Source of the DNA: Squalus acanthias
Taxonomy: Eukaryota
DNA: 64,000 nt
Assembly (NCBI GenBank): GCA_030390025.1
Contig: CM059431.1
Coordinates: forward strand, 114,020,001-114,084,000
Direction: 5' to 3'
How positions within the stretch are numbered: position 1 is the first letter of the stretch; the number at the start of each line of letters is the position of its first letter. The translations under genes were made by a program, and so were the position numbers. Below, piece after piece: positions 1 through 12,759 of this stretch. The notes under the pieces were generated by a model. It made no database searches. It saw only the letters and a list, made by a program, of their open reading frames with translations, and was not told the DNA's origin.

Positions 1-1460
1 AAGATAAGAGCACGCCTGGTTGGGATCTGGATGCCAGTGTTCTGATTATGTAGAACATCCTGCGATGCCCATTGTTATCTAATTACCGCTTACAAAGCAG
101 AAGACCTGTCTTGCAAAAATGAAGAGCGAATGTCCTCTTTGAAATTCGAAACCATTAGAACGCCGATTTCAAGTTCAGAGCGCTCTGAGAAATCGCTGCC
201 TTGTCATGAACCAGTCTGATCTGATTTATTAGAAATTTTTAACGAAATCATGCATCTTTTACAAGACTTTAATCACTCCATGAAATTTTAATTCATGAAC
301 TGCGCTGCGTTTAAATAAATGAAGCGCTAATTCATTAGGATTAATTAATTTGTTAAAAAGTTATACGCAAGGGTGAAACAGTATTGATCTGTTGGTTTTT
401 CTGTACTAAAGAGCGCTACCGAAAAGATTAAGCATTTCTCAGCGAATATCAACATTTACAAATGTTTGTTGTCAGAAGTTTATGACTTAATGTAAAGTGA
501 CATACAGATAAACAGCAAAGCACGTCCGAAAATCGAAATATTGTATTTCCTTTTATGTGTCCACAATACTCTTTTATTCATGGGATTGATTGATTTTGAG
601 CTTCCCTGTGCAAATATCTACCCGCCGTCTTTCTCTACATGCGATCTGAGTTTGAAAGATTCGGACAAACAACCGAATCCGGCTTCATTTAAAGTAGACT
701 GAGCTGATGGGGCGAAGATGTGCTTTAATTCGCAAGGAGGCAGGGCCAGGAAACTGTCCTCTGTCTCAAGCTCATGAGAAATGAGTGGATTTGAAAGTAG
801 GAAAATACTGTTTGTAAAGGACTAACTTTGAAACGAAATACAGAATCGCTTGCTTCTTCCCAACTGTATTCGAAGCATCGTGTTTCCCAAGTTGAATGCA
901 TAAAAGACGCTTCAATTTTAGCTACACTTATGCCGACAACTTTAAATCGGTATCTTATTACATGCAAATGAAACAGAATTCAAAATCCGATTACAGTACA
1001 GTAATATATAAATAAAGCAAACCAACAATAATGCATAATCATTGCTTCAACGCAAATTACATGCAATTTCAGTCTGTGATTACACCAGACTTAGTGACAT
1101 TAAAGCGCGTATTCCGCAGGATCGGGGTCATAGATAGGATTTAGGTTTTCTGCCTAGCAAGGGGAAATAAAGCGAGGAATTGAAATGGAAACACAAGTAA
1201 GTGTGTGGTGGGTGTATGATGGTTCGGTGCCGCAAAATCCAGACAAAACTCCCTCGGTTCCGCTGACCCTATGCTGGAATACCGATCACAACCGTTCTTA
1301 TTACTGTGCAGCACTAACAACGGGATGTGTACCCGTCTGTTTAGGCAGTATTATACCGTGGGATTTACCGCGGCGTACAAACTGTCAGCAACTATGGCTA
1401 AATTGTGCATTCCATATTCAGCAACCACGGTTGAACACGTGTCATCAACCGGCTGAGCAG
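1..1460. promoter_or_regulatory. Repeat-free CpG-retaining noncoding region with clustered POU/homeodomain motifs
   Basis: No recognisable TE; many CpGs; TAATTCAT/TTAATTAAT cluster at 285-350, octamer ATGCAAAT at 962-969, ATGCATAAT near 1031-1039. Confidence 0.4.
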
Positions 1461-1512
1461 AAACACTCACTGCTGCGGGGAGTTCTCATATTCTTAGTAC
1501 CAACATCCTTGG

Positions 1513-1908
1513 ATCAGTGGTAGCACCCTCCCTGCGTCAGAAGGTTCAGGTTCAAGTCCCACTCAAGAGACTTCAGCACATAATCTGGGCTGATTGTGTA
1601 GCACTGAGGGAGTGCTGCACAATAGGAGATGCTGTCTTTCAGATGAGAGGTTAAACAGAGTTGCAGTCTCCGGTGGACATACAATATCCCTAGACACTGT
1701 GTGAAGAGCAGGAGAGTTCTCCTGGCCGACATTTATCTCTCGTCCAACATCATTAAAATGTTGTTTGTGGGCCCTTGCTGTCTTCCAAATGGCTGCCACG
1801 TTTACATTACAGCAGTGACTATACTTCAAAAAGTACTTCATTGACTATAAAGCGCTTTGTAACGTTCTGAGATTGTGAAAGGGACTATATAGATGCAAGT
1901 TATTTCTT
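1513..1908 (+). mobile_element. tRNA-derived Deu-domain SINE (SacSINE1-like), with internal deletions
   Basis: Box A/B head (tcagtggtagcac...ggttcaagtccc), Deu core (gatgagaggttaaac...), tail ctatatagatgcaagt. Confidence 0.8.
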
Positions 1909-2357
1909 TAACTTCAGTTATGTGGATAGACTGGAGAAGCTGGGGTTGTTCTCCTTGGAGCAGGGAAGATTGAGAGGAGATTTGATAGAGGTGTTCAAAA
2001 TCATGAGGGGTCTAGACAGAGTAGATCAAGAGAAACTGTTCCCATTGGCAGAAGGCATTGAGAACCAGAGGACACAGATTTAAGGTGGTTGGCAGAAGAT
2101 CCAAAGGCGACATGAGGAAAAACTTTTTTACGCAGCGAGTGGTTAGGATCTGGAATGCACTGCCTGAAAGGGTGCTGGAGGCAGGTTCAATCATGACTTT
2201 CTAAAGGGAATTGGATAAGTACCTGAAGGAAAAGAAATGCAGTGCTACGGGGAAAGGGTGGGGGATTGGGACTAGCTGACGTGCTCTTGCAGAGAGCCGG
2301 CACGGGCTCGATGGGCGAAATGGCCTCCTACTGTGCTGTAATGATTTTATGATTCTG
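1909..2357 (+). mobile_element. CR1 LINE 3' fragment
   Basis: Encodes the CR1 C-terminus (RLEKLGLFSLEQGRLRGDLIEVFKIM...FFTQRVVRIWNALP) and the gggcgaaatggcctcct 3' UTR. Confidence 0.85.
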
Positions 2358-3302
2358 AATGCCCAATAGAATCTCTCACTGTATATCTACAACAACTTAC
2401 ATTTATGTAGTAAAATGACCCAAGGTGCTTCACAGGAGCATTAAAAAATGCATTTATATAGCGCCTTTCATGACCTCAGGACGTCCCAAAGCACTGTACA
2501 GCCAAATAAGGTTTGACACTGAGCCACATAAAGAGATATGGAGTGAAGAAAATTAGAGATGCACAAGAGGCCAGAATTGGAGAAGTGCAGAGATCTCTAT
2601 CAAGGTGAACAATTTTAGTAATAGTAAATGCAACACATTCTCATTTCAGACACCCAGTGCCAGCATCAAGCATACTTAGATGCAGAATTAACATTAGTAC
2701 ACTCCTCCAAGAACATGTCTTAACTCCACCAGCGCAACAATTTCTAATTCATCACATTTCCAACCTACCATTGTATCGCATTGACCATTTATTTAAAATG
2801 AGTTGGGCACTGGTCTGCATTTAGCAAAGAAAGGCATGTAGCAATGTGGCACCATAGAAAAGCAGCACAAGTAGAATGTTTTTTCTGTGTTGACACTACA
2901 GTCTAATGTGTCGTCCTTTGCTAAAGGGCAGTTGAGTCAGCTTTCATTATCTAGCTTTTCAAAGCAGGATATTTTGCCTCCAGAGGTACAGCTGAAGAGA
3001 GCTCCACAGCTGGTGGCTCCTGCCTCCAGTTTCCCCCATGCCTCTCATTTCATACTAAAAATTTGCTACTAATTTCAACCTTACAGTTAATGATAAATTT
3101 CTAATATAGGTCCCTTTAAATGCGGAACCACTTCTGCTGAATTGATTGCGTCTATACAGTTGGAACTGAAAAACTGTGTAAAATTAAACATTTTAAAATC
3201 ATAAACATATTAAAATAAATAGGACATATAACAAGAACCAATGAGTTATAAAACAATTAAGCTACTCTTACCCCAATGGTTTCAGGTAAAAAAAAAAAGT
3301 TT

Positions 3303-3756
3303 TAAAGAAAGAACTTGCATTTATATAGCACCTATCACAACCTCAGGACATTCCAAAGTGCTTTACAGCCAATGAGGTACGTTGAAGTGTTGTCACTGTT
3401 GTAATGTAGGAAATGTGGCAGCCAATTTCACACAGCAAGGTCCCACAAACAGCAATGAGATAAAGACCAGATCATTTGTTTTTAGTGATGTTGGTTGAGG
3501 GATAAATATTGGCCAGGACAGCGGCAAAATTTCCCCTGCTCTTCTTCAATAGTGCTATGGGATCTTTTACATCCACCCAAGAGGGCAGACAGGGCCTCGG
3601 TTTAACATCTCATCCAATAAATTTAATCTCCAACAGTGCAGCACTCCCTCAGTATTGCACTTAAGTGTCAGCCTAGATTATGTGCTTAAGTTTCTGGAGT
3701 AGGACTTGAACCTACAACCTTCTGAGGTGAGAGGGCTTCCTCTGAGCCAAGGCTGG
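3303..3756 (-). mobile_element. Deu-domain SINE (SacSINE1-like), full length
   Basis: Reverse complement of the family seen at 27758 and 29446. Confidence 0.85.
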
Positions 3757-4364
3757 CACTAATCAAGTGAAGGCTCGGCAGGCACATCAGCCACTGGGTA
3801 TAAATGTCTGGTATACACCAAACACGTGCTATATAAGCACTAGACAGATTTATTTTTATAGTCTCTGTTTCACAAAAACAACAAAAAATAGAACTCAACT
3901 GCCATTTAACAGATGATCTAATCACTTAGCAGTTTACTGTTTGGGTGCCATGTTTGCTTACTACACTCCTAAAGTAATTCATTGGTGGTGAAGCACGCTG
4001 GGACATGTTGATGATATGCACGACGCTATATAAATGCAAGTTTCCCATTCTTTATCTAGATAATGTTCAAAGTGTGCTCTGAACTGCACTACAACTGTTG
4101 GAAGCAGTACGTAACTAACTCACCTCAGACAATAGGACACCCCTCCACGTACTGACATCACAACAAAAGAACACCAAAGCACAAGCTCTGCAGCCACATC
4201 ACCATGGGAACCCAATATTAATTCAATACATTTTACAATTTTAAACTTGAAAGGGGGGGGACTTATTAGAAAATAATTTTCCCTCACAAGGTCATTAATT
4301 GGTGCATTGTTGTTCAAGCAGCAGCGTATTACTGAATTTATTTTATTTGCCAAGAAAACTCATG

Positions 4365-6111
4365 GGGCTGAATTTTACAGGGTGATAGCAGACGAGATCG
4401 GTGGCGGGTCGGGTGGGAAGTGTTTTTTTTGACAGCGGGTCGGGAACCCACTGTCAACCCACCACAACGTGCCTTTCCCAATGTCGGGTCTGTCAGCGCT
4501 GAGCAGGCCCGACAGGCAGAGGCGGGCGACTCAATTAAACTTATTATAATGTACTTACCAGAACCTTAACAGGCTTTTTTACCTTACTTTTTAACTTTAA
4601 CTTCATGGCCATGGGAACCACGCTGTTCGGTGACCATATCTGTCAACCTGAGGCGGGAGTTCAGTGGCCATTGCTCCAGCTGATTCCTTGACAACTTCAG
4701 ATAGACAGTAAAAGCTCCCACCTGACAGAGATCACTTTCCTCAGCCACAAGCTGTTCCTCACTGCATTTCCACAACATATTCTGCAGGCTGGAAGTCTTT
4801 CCACAAGCCTCACCTCATCATATCTCTCACCATTGATAAATCACGTCTGTCATCTGTACTTCACCTGCCATCTATTCCATCAGCATGGGTCCCTTTTATA
4901 CTGTCTCACCTTGGTCCTCAGAATCTGAGCACGATGAGCCCCAACACCAGCAGCACCAGGCATACCAGCAGCTCCAACAACACCACCAACTTTCTCCGCA
5001 ATCACCTGATACTGCACAGGACAGAGGGCATCAGCACCCGAGCACATTGCTGCCTGGGAGGCCAGGGATGGCTTCACCATGGCCAGATTTACTTCACTTG
5101 ATGTTGTATACCCTGGCTGCCACATGATACGCCAGGTTGGCAACACCCCACACCAACACCATAAAGCATCTCTACAATGACCAAGCCATTCATTTCACAC
5201 TCATCACCATTGCGGGGGGTACCGTTATGTCTCACCATTCACTGCAACTCACTAAGCCACTTCCAAAAGTGCACACAAATCTGTCCAAGGCTGGAAAGTG
5301 TTGAAAATAAAGGTTTCAATGTTTGACAGCACATTAACAGAAACTTTACATGAACATTGGAAAAAACACCCAAGTGGCTACCCTTGTGTGTTGTTAGTTG
5401 GTATGATTGCACTAGGATGAGGGTGAGTGTGAGGGGTGGCTAGTGAGATAGAGATGTGATAATGTAGATAGAGAGGGATGAGTGGAGGTGCAAGGTAGGT
5501 TGGTGTGAGTAAGGATGTGGAGGGGTAGGGTAGGGAAGGCAGAGTGATGGGGATGTGATGAGAGGCACAGCAGGATGAGGTTGAGTGTGGCTTTGTACTA
5601 ATGTTTCGTGATCGAATGAGATTATTAAAATGTTTGCGCCACTGCACCCATGTCCTCCTGACCACATCCCTGCTTGTGACCTCCTGTGCAATGTGCAACC
5701 AGGCTGTTTTGGTTTCCTCGGGAGGTGTCTTCCACCCATGGGAAGGGAAGAGGACCACCCTGCATGCTGTGACTCCCTCTGTAAGCACATGGGAGAACCT
5801 GGGTACAGCCCTGCACCTCTGTGCAGTGATTGTCAGTGTTTGCAGCACTTCAATGCTGTAGAACACTGACAGCACAACTGTCAAAAGAAAATTGGTCATG
5901 GTCCCTTTAAGGAAACCGGCTGATGACGCGTCATCAAATGATGTCCCCAGAACCGCTTCCTCTAATTGGGCCGGGAAACGTGCTGGGCGGGCTTAACAAG
6001 CCTTATCGATGCAAATTCATATTAGACAGCGGGATGGAGCCAGCAGCGAGGTCGTGACCCACCACCGACATCGCCCGCACCAGACCCGCTGACGTGAGCA
6101 AAATCTTGGCT
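4365..6111 (-). mobile_element. Non-autonomous PIF/Harbinger element with degenerate Myb/SANT-like ORF
   Basis: Imperfect TIRs gggctgaatttt / aaaatcttggct, 3-bp TSD ATG on both sides; ORF 5378-5899 (PRFS...LTEGV...LFP...KTAWLHIAQEV...RTWVQWRKHFNNL) resembles the Harbinger Myb/SANT-like domain; homologous to 62076-64000. Confidence 0.75.
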
Positions 6112-6523
6112 ATGCTTGCAGTATTAACAATTATGGAGCTTTCATACTGATGAAATAAATTCAGTAATACACCAGCACCAGCAATAACTACTATAGAATA
6201 ATGAATCATAAAGTAATTCAAATTCTGTAATCTGATACAATAATCTTATAATAATAATGGTTGGGCTGAATGGCCTGTTTCTGTGCTGTATATTCTATGT
6301 AATTCTATCTAATAAAACGTTCAGATGATTTTAATAATATATAGTAGACATTTGTATGTACTACTTACCAATTTTGTTTGTAGTTTTGTCACTGGGAGCT
6401 GTATGAAGTAAGGATGCCCTACATAAGTATCATGTCAGTGACTTCAAATAAACAAACTAAAATACACAAATTTCTTTTCCTTCTGCTGAACAAAAACATC
6501 ATAGGCACTAAAGGAGCTTTACA

Positions 6524-6795
6524 GGCTTCCCCAATGGCTCAGGTGTTAGAGGCAGTGTGCAAACGAGCCATTACACACCAGAAGGTTCACTTCCAGGTCT
6601 GTGATTTCGTCCAAGGTGGCAGTGGGTGTGCTACAATTGGCTTTAGTACCCCCTGTATTGGGGAAGAGGTCAAATCCACCAGGGTTCCTGCTTCCGATCT
6701 CAATCTAGTGATCCCGACGGGGAAGTGCACATGTGGATATTGGGCAAGGACATGACTGGCCTTAGCCTTGATGTCCGTAGTCAAACAGACCACAC
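6524..6795 (+). mobile_element. Possible old tRNA-derived SINE of a different family
   Basis: Box-A-like tggctcagg head and a GC-richer body in an AT-rich background; family not recognised. Confidence 0.3.
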
Positions 6796-9282
6796 CTGAA
6801 GAATTGGCATGTAGGCAAAGTAGCAGAGTGTGACTATACATATAAAGCTTTACTCCACCCAATGTCAAAGCCTTTAGGAGAGGAATGGAGAAAATTGGCA
6901 AAGAAAGCAATATTATTACTTCAGATTTACAGGCAAGTTGATTACAAAGAAAATGCAAGAAGATTTTATCAGCACAGTTCATTCATTCACTGAGTGCAGT
7001 AAAACTATAACATAAAAGTTAGCATCTTCCTGTAGATTATATATTGAATGATAGCAGACTGGGTGAATTGTAAATGTGTGTGCAGACCTTTTTAGTTTAG
7101 AGCTATTACGTGTTGGGCTGCACCAGCCTCACATCTGGAATTACCCCCAAACCAAATATTACTCTTCCTAATATAGACACGTTAGATTTCTATAATCTTT
7201 TCTGAAAAATTAAAAGCACAAAGCTGCTGTCACGTCAGTGAAATAAGTTTGAGTGTCAATTAACAAGGGTGATAGTGGAGGTAAAAAAAACAATGACTGA
7301 TATCAGATTGTGGAAAAACAACACCAGAAACTACAGGGAGATTCAGTGACATGCAAATGCAATCCAGCCTTTAAAATATGGTACACATTTTGACATCCAA
7401 AAGCAGATTTTTTGTGTTGTATGCCCATTATTCTTATTTACAAATATTTTTCACCTCATTAGTTAACACACCTCCACCCCCTCCCTCACAGTCAACTATT
7501 TCACAAAACGACTGTTGGAAAAAATATATGGGCTGCGATTTTGCTCACCTGGAGGATCAAGTGATTCCAATCTAACATTTTTTAGAAAATCGTTAATTGT
7601 ACTTTAGATGAATTATCTTTTTAAAACCACCATTATATGGCATTTAAAAAAAAAAAGATGGTCAATTTTAGTTCAAATGTTAACTTTAATGTGTGTATTA
7701 TTGCTTTGTTGACAACCCTAAAAGGATTAAACATAAAAGCTGGAAATATTCCTAAAAGGTTTATGTTTTGAAAATTTTGCAAGGAAAACTCACCTTCAAG
7801 TGGAATAGTCATGATTTTTTGAATTCTGCTGCACCCGTTATGGTCAGCTAGCAAAAATAATCAGCAAAACCAGACTGCCCATCCCATTAAGATCATTAGG
7901 CAAGAAATAGGTGACCTTCTTGCACTATGTAAGGATGTCCTGAAGTAACCATCTTAAGCTCTTTGGACCATGTAAATATCTATCATAAGATTTCATAATA
8001 AGTGACACCCAGTTTACTCCACAAAAGGAACATAAATTCTAAATATAGTTCATTTCATTTTTCTAAAGAAATATACAAATACAGCTGGAACTACTTTAGA
8101 AAATTATTTCTGTCAGTGAAGCTTACAGAGGTTGTAAGACAGATCAAGGGAGAAAGGATGGGATAGAATTGGATATCTTCATTCGAAGATTGATAACTGC
8201 TCTCCTTAATGGTGAATAATCTATCCCTTCATTAATTTTACTCTAGATATTATGGATAATCTTCCCTAAAATAGTGTCCTGTTAGGATAAGAAATGACAA
8301 GTCAGTCTAAGGCAGAGGTGAGCCAAATTCATATAGTTTTTACTAGAAAGACCTAGGCTTTGTAAAGGTATGCAGGCCACTAGGCCATTGTAGAGATCTT
8401 TTTCACTTTCCTGTGCGAGGGACAACCTGCAAATACTGACACATTTCCAGGACTCCCCAGCTTAACTACCAAAAGACAGCATTAGCTACCCAAAGGAAAA
8501 CAACCCCATCTTTGCAGAAAATGTTTTTCATTAGTATACAGCATCAGAAATAATGTACTATTAAGTCAACAACGACAAAATATTGGAGAGACAAAGAAAT
8601 CTGGTGCCCTTACAGAGACCTAGGATCCTCTTGTGGACCCATGTAGTAGTCCATTCATTGTGTACTACCTTTCCAAGCCCCACCATGATTTATTCATAGA
8701 GATCTCCTCCCTATTCTCCCTTTACATTAAGTCCTCATCCTTGGTAATTTCAATCTTCACCTACATTACCCTTGCCCTCCGCTCCGCTGACTTTTTCCTT
8801 CTATCACCACTCAACCTCACTCACCCACAGACTCTGCCACCTGTTTGACATTGCTATTTTACAAGGCCTCGCCACCTGAGGTTTTCATCATCAATAATGC
8901 CATCTCGGATAACTTCTTTGTCGCCTTCACCATCCAAATGTCTCTGCCCATTATGCTCAGCTTCCACCCTGGAAAAAAAACCTCCTCACCACCTCCATCA
9001 CAAATACATTCTTTTACCATCAATCTCTGTTGACCTGTTCCCTTAATTTTTCTTTGACGGCTTCATGCCCACCAAGTCACTTATGGTCTCCCATCCTGCT
9101 GTTCTGCCTGGTACAGTTCCTTCCTGTACATCCTCGAGACCAAGAGCCGCAGACTCAAAGGCACCTGGTACATGACTGATTTGGTCATCCATTACCAGAT
9201 CTAACTTGACTATCTTAAGTAATACCCCACACCCTCCACAAGAAAACCATATCACTACCTCCATACCATCCTGGAGAGTACA

Positions 9283-9436
9283 GTTCTAATTTGATATTTA
9301 ATCGGTGGCGGAAAACGAGCGGTAGCGGATTGGCCATCCGTTATATAGCCCGCCCAAAAAATCAGGTGGGCTATATAACGGCCAGCCAATTAGCAACCAC
9401 TCATTTTCTGCCACTGATGAAAGTTAAAATCACCCC
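9283..9436. mobile_element. Short palindromic (fold-back) MITE-like element
   Basis: Arms atcggtggcggaaaacgagcggt...ccgttatatagcccgcc and ggtgggctatataacgg...accactcattttctgccactgat are reverse complements around a short loop. Confidence 0.7.
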
Positions 9437-9573
9437 TTATGTCGTATCAGTGACCAACTGGCTCCTCCAACCCTCTTCCTCTGGTCTCTCCATCCTTAGC
9501 CCTAATGACAAGCTTGAGGAACTTATGGACTTTTTGTCTTGAATATTGAGACTGGTCATGCAGCTGCTTCAGT

Positions 9574-10813
9574 TGTGACGGAATTCTACTATATAACCTT
9601 TTTAGAAAAATATACTATATAAGATAAATACACTATAGCCTTTTTAGAAAAATACATTCTATAACTTTTTTAAAGGAAGGCATGGCAAGCTCGATTTGGA
9701 AATCCTACCTTCTGAAAGAATTCTGGCCTCATTGAGATAAGACAGTGGTTATCCCTGAAGAGTACCTTATAAGGAACTCTACCTTATAAATTCTTTAAAA
9801 CATTACAAACTGGGTTTGGAAATTTAGAAACCTAAGTATGAAATAGCTATGAAAGAATTCTGGCTATTGAAATAGGACAAGTTGTTGACCCTGAATAAGT
9901 AACCTTATTGAAACAGAAGAATTGGGGGCCCCGAATGGGTAACCTTATTAAAACTAAACAATGGTCGACCCTGGCTGAATGATCTTGATTAAAACCTCTT
10001 GAGAATGACATGATGTAAGGTACATCTGCCCTTTGCCCACATGTGGTAAACTCCCAATAGCTATTGATGATGTGGTAGTAAGAATTTCAGTAGGTCAGCT
10101 AAAAGATTAGTGATAATTAACTTGGATTAACAGAAACCTTATGAAAAACAACTGAAAAAGGGGTATAAATATTGGAGTCTCGAATGAGATAATTAGACTC
10201 GCTTTAATCGGGCAAAGCGATTCTCGACTACTGGGGCGGCTCTGTACCTCTTTTGTACCTCGGGGATTGAAGGTAACTGCTACCTTGATAATTGATGGAT
10301 ATCCTGTAATAGACAAGTTTAATAATGGTAATACTGTGGCGAAGTTAAGATTTATAAGTAGGATTCTCTGTTAAGAATAAGATTTTATGTTTTCTTTTTT
10401 AAACTGTTAACGTTGCGATTGACTGATTCACCAACTGTAAATTGCATGTCGTTTTTTTAAATAAATCTCTATATATTTTTAGAATTGTCTCATAAGTCTT
10501 CTGTATCAATAACTCGCAAACCCAATCTTTGTACACTCTTTGGTGAAGAGTTACAATTTCTGAAGGAAATCTCCAGACCCTCATAATATCTGAGACTTTA
10601 CTGTCTGTCTAAACTTATTAAAAATGCTATCTGGAGGATGGTAACATTCTCGGGTTGTTCCTTTCCTTTAGGGAAAGATAGCCCAGACCTTTAGACCCAG
10701 TTAAGCGTCTTTAGGATTCGGCTACCTCAACCTTTAGTTGAAGGTGAACATCTGAGAAATACGCCTGATCCGGGATAGCCCCAAAGGGGCTAGGACAAGT
10801 AAATATCCTTTCA
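9574..10813 (+). mobile_element. Solo LTR (ERV/Gypsy-type)
   Basis: TG...CA termini flanked by duplicated CAGT (CAGTTG at 9570 and 10814); U3-like internal repeats; TATAAA near 10164; AATAAA near 10460; abruptly interrupts the L2 relic. Confidence 0.7.
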
Positions 10814-12199
10814 CAGTTGCCACATCCTTATCCTACTTCCCCATCCCCTACAACTCCAACCCCTCCATCACAGCAGACTGAACGCCATATTGCTCTTTAG
10901 CTTCTCCCTCATCTTCCCTCAGGCATCACTACATTTATCTCCTCTATGAAATGCACCTCCTGCTCCCCCGATCCCATTCTTACCTAACTCTTAAAAACTT
11001 AGCTACCTTTCCACTTATTTACCGTAATAGCTTCTCTACCCATTCCTACAGTCACCTCTGGAATACTCCCAAGATTCCAGCCTTGGTCTCCTCTTTATTT
11101 ACATGTTGCTCCTGGGTGACTCTCCTTAGGCATGAAGTCAATTTCCATATGTATTCTGACAATATTTAACTCTACCTCTCCACCATTACCCATGATTTCC
11201 CAACCCTGTTTTGACAGACTGCTGCCCAATATCAAATTATTGATGAGCTAGAACTTCCTCTAATTGGTCAGGAAGACTGAAGCTCCTGTCAAAAACATTC
11301 CCCTGACCCCCATCCCCATCTCTGCTGTGCCAGATGATGTGAAAGCTGTTCAACCATGAGCTAAGCTGTAACCTCATATTCTATCCATTACCAAGACTGC
11401 TTACTTCTACCTCTACAATATTGCCCAGCTCCAACTTTACTTTACCTGCATTGCTGCTGAAAACCTTATTTCGCCACCTCCAGATTTGCCTTCTCCCACA
11501 CTCTCCTCGCTGGTCTTGCAAACTCCATCCAACACCAACTCCACCTTGTCCAAAATTCTACTGCCTGCATTATGTCTCATTCCATATTTAAGTTCCATTA
11601 CACCTGTCTGTGGAGTCTTTCATTGGTTCCTTGTTCCCCAACTCTCAATTCAAATTCTGCAACTTTTTGTTTTTCATGGCCTCACTTCACACTACTTCTG
11701 CAAACTCCTGTAGCACTATGTCCTAGCCCTTGCCCTTTAGTCCTCCAAATCTGACCTCGTGCGCATTTCGCATTTCCCCCCCAACAGTCTCAATCCTACT
11801 TTCTGGAGCTCCCTGCAGAAATACCTCCATCTTGTATTTCCAAGATCTTCTAAAAACATTCTATCTTGCATGATGGTGGCAAAGGTTAAAACATTTAATG
11901 AACCAGAGCATTGCTTAACCACAGTAATACAACATCTATCCAGATCAGATGAAAAATAAAAGAATCCTAATTTTAATATTTTTGCAATAACTAAATGAAT
12001 GAGAGTATTTAAACCTCCCTTATACCATGACCTTATTTTTCAGTACACATAACCAGCCGGAATAATTTTTACAAAATAATTTTTGTTCTGAAGTCAAATG
12101 TTTTCAAAACAGGAAGTGGTCAATTTTTTGTGTGCTGCAGAAAATCATGCACTTGCAATAAACACTTTGTAACCTTACTGCATCACATCTACTTCATAC

Positions 12200-12606
12200 T
12201 ACATGGTTGATATGGCTTACGTGCGATCTAACCAGTGGTCCTTAAAGGGACCGCTGGAGGCCACCACCAAAAAGCTGTTTAAAAAAAAATACTTACCTGA
12301 ATGTGGAACCAGGAGCAGGAGTGCTCCTGCCTGGTCCGCTGTAGTGTCAAAGACTGTTGCAGGCCTCCTCCCCTTCACATCCCCCCTCTCCCGATTGCCC
12401 CCTTCCGCTGTACCGAAGGGCCGCTGCCGGTGACGTATGGGCTGAAATTCAAATCCTCTTTGCTAGCAGGCTGCCTGGGGATGCCCAGCAGGTGTCTGCA
12501 GTTGACTGGTTATCATCTAAATGAGACCAGCGGCCCAATATTGGGTGTGGCTCGGGCCTACCCGTTCTGGTGTGGGACAGGCTGGTGCAAACCAATTTCT
12601 AGGCCT
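12200..12606. mobile_element. Probable Harbinger-type MITE remnant
   Basis: Contains the ccttaaagggacc motif shared with the Harbinger copies (near 5900 and 62276); GC-rich; ends aatttctaggcct, like the MITE TIRs. Confidence 0.4.
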
Positions 12607-12759
12607 ATTTGTCTACTGTTGAGAGGTGCAAGATTGGTTAGTAAGCAATATTCTGCTGAGCTGAAGCATGAGACAAATTTTCAGGTTTGCACTATTCTCA
12701 CACGTTTAGCATCACTGGCCATTTCTGTAAGTGGACCTTGTATCCCCTATGATCTAGAG

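Larger units (their letters stand above)
8630..11860 (+). mobile_element. Highly degraded L2-type LINE relic, interrupted by a MITE and a solo LTR
   Basis: C/T-rich strand bias; RT relic RHEVNFHMYSDN..LYLS near 11128-11180 (cf. FHxYADDTQLYLS); L2-like ITP...HW 3' region near 11595-11625. Confidence 0.6.

Noticed and set aside
12289..12299. ATACTTACCTG, identical to the U1 snRNA 5' end
   Set aside because: The following sequence does not resemble U1; it is a consensus splice donor on the other strand inside a TE remnant
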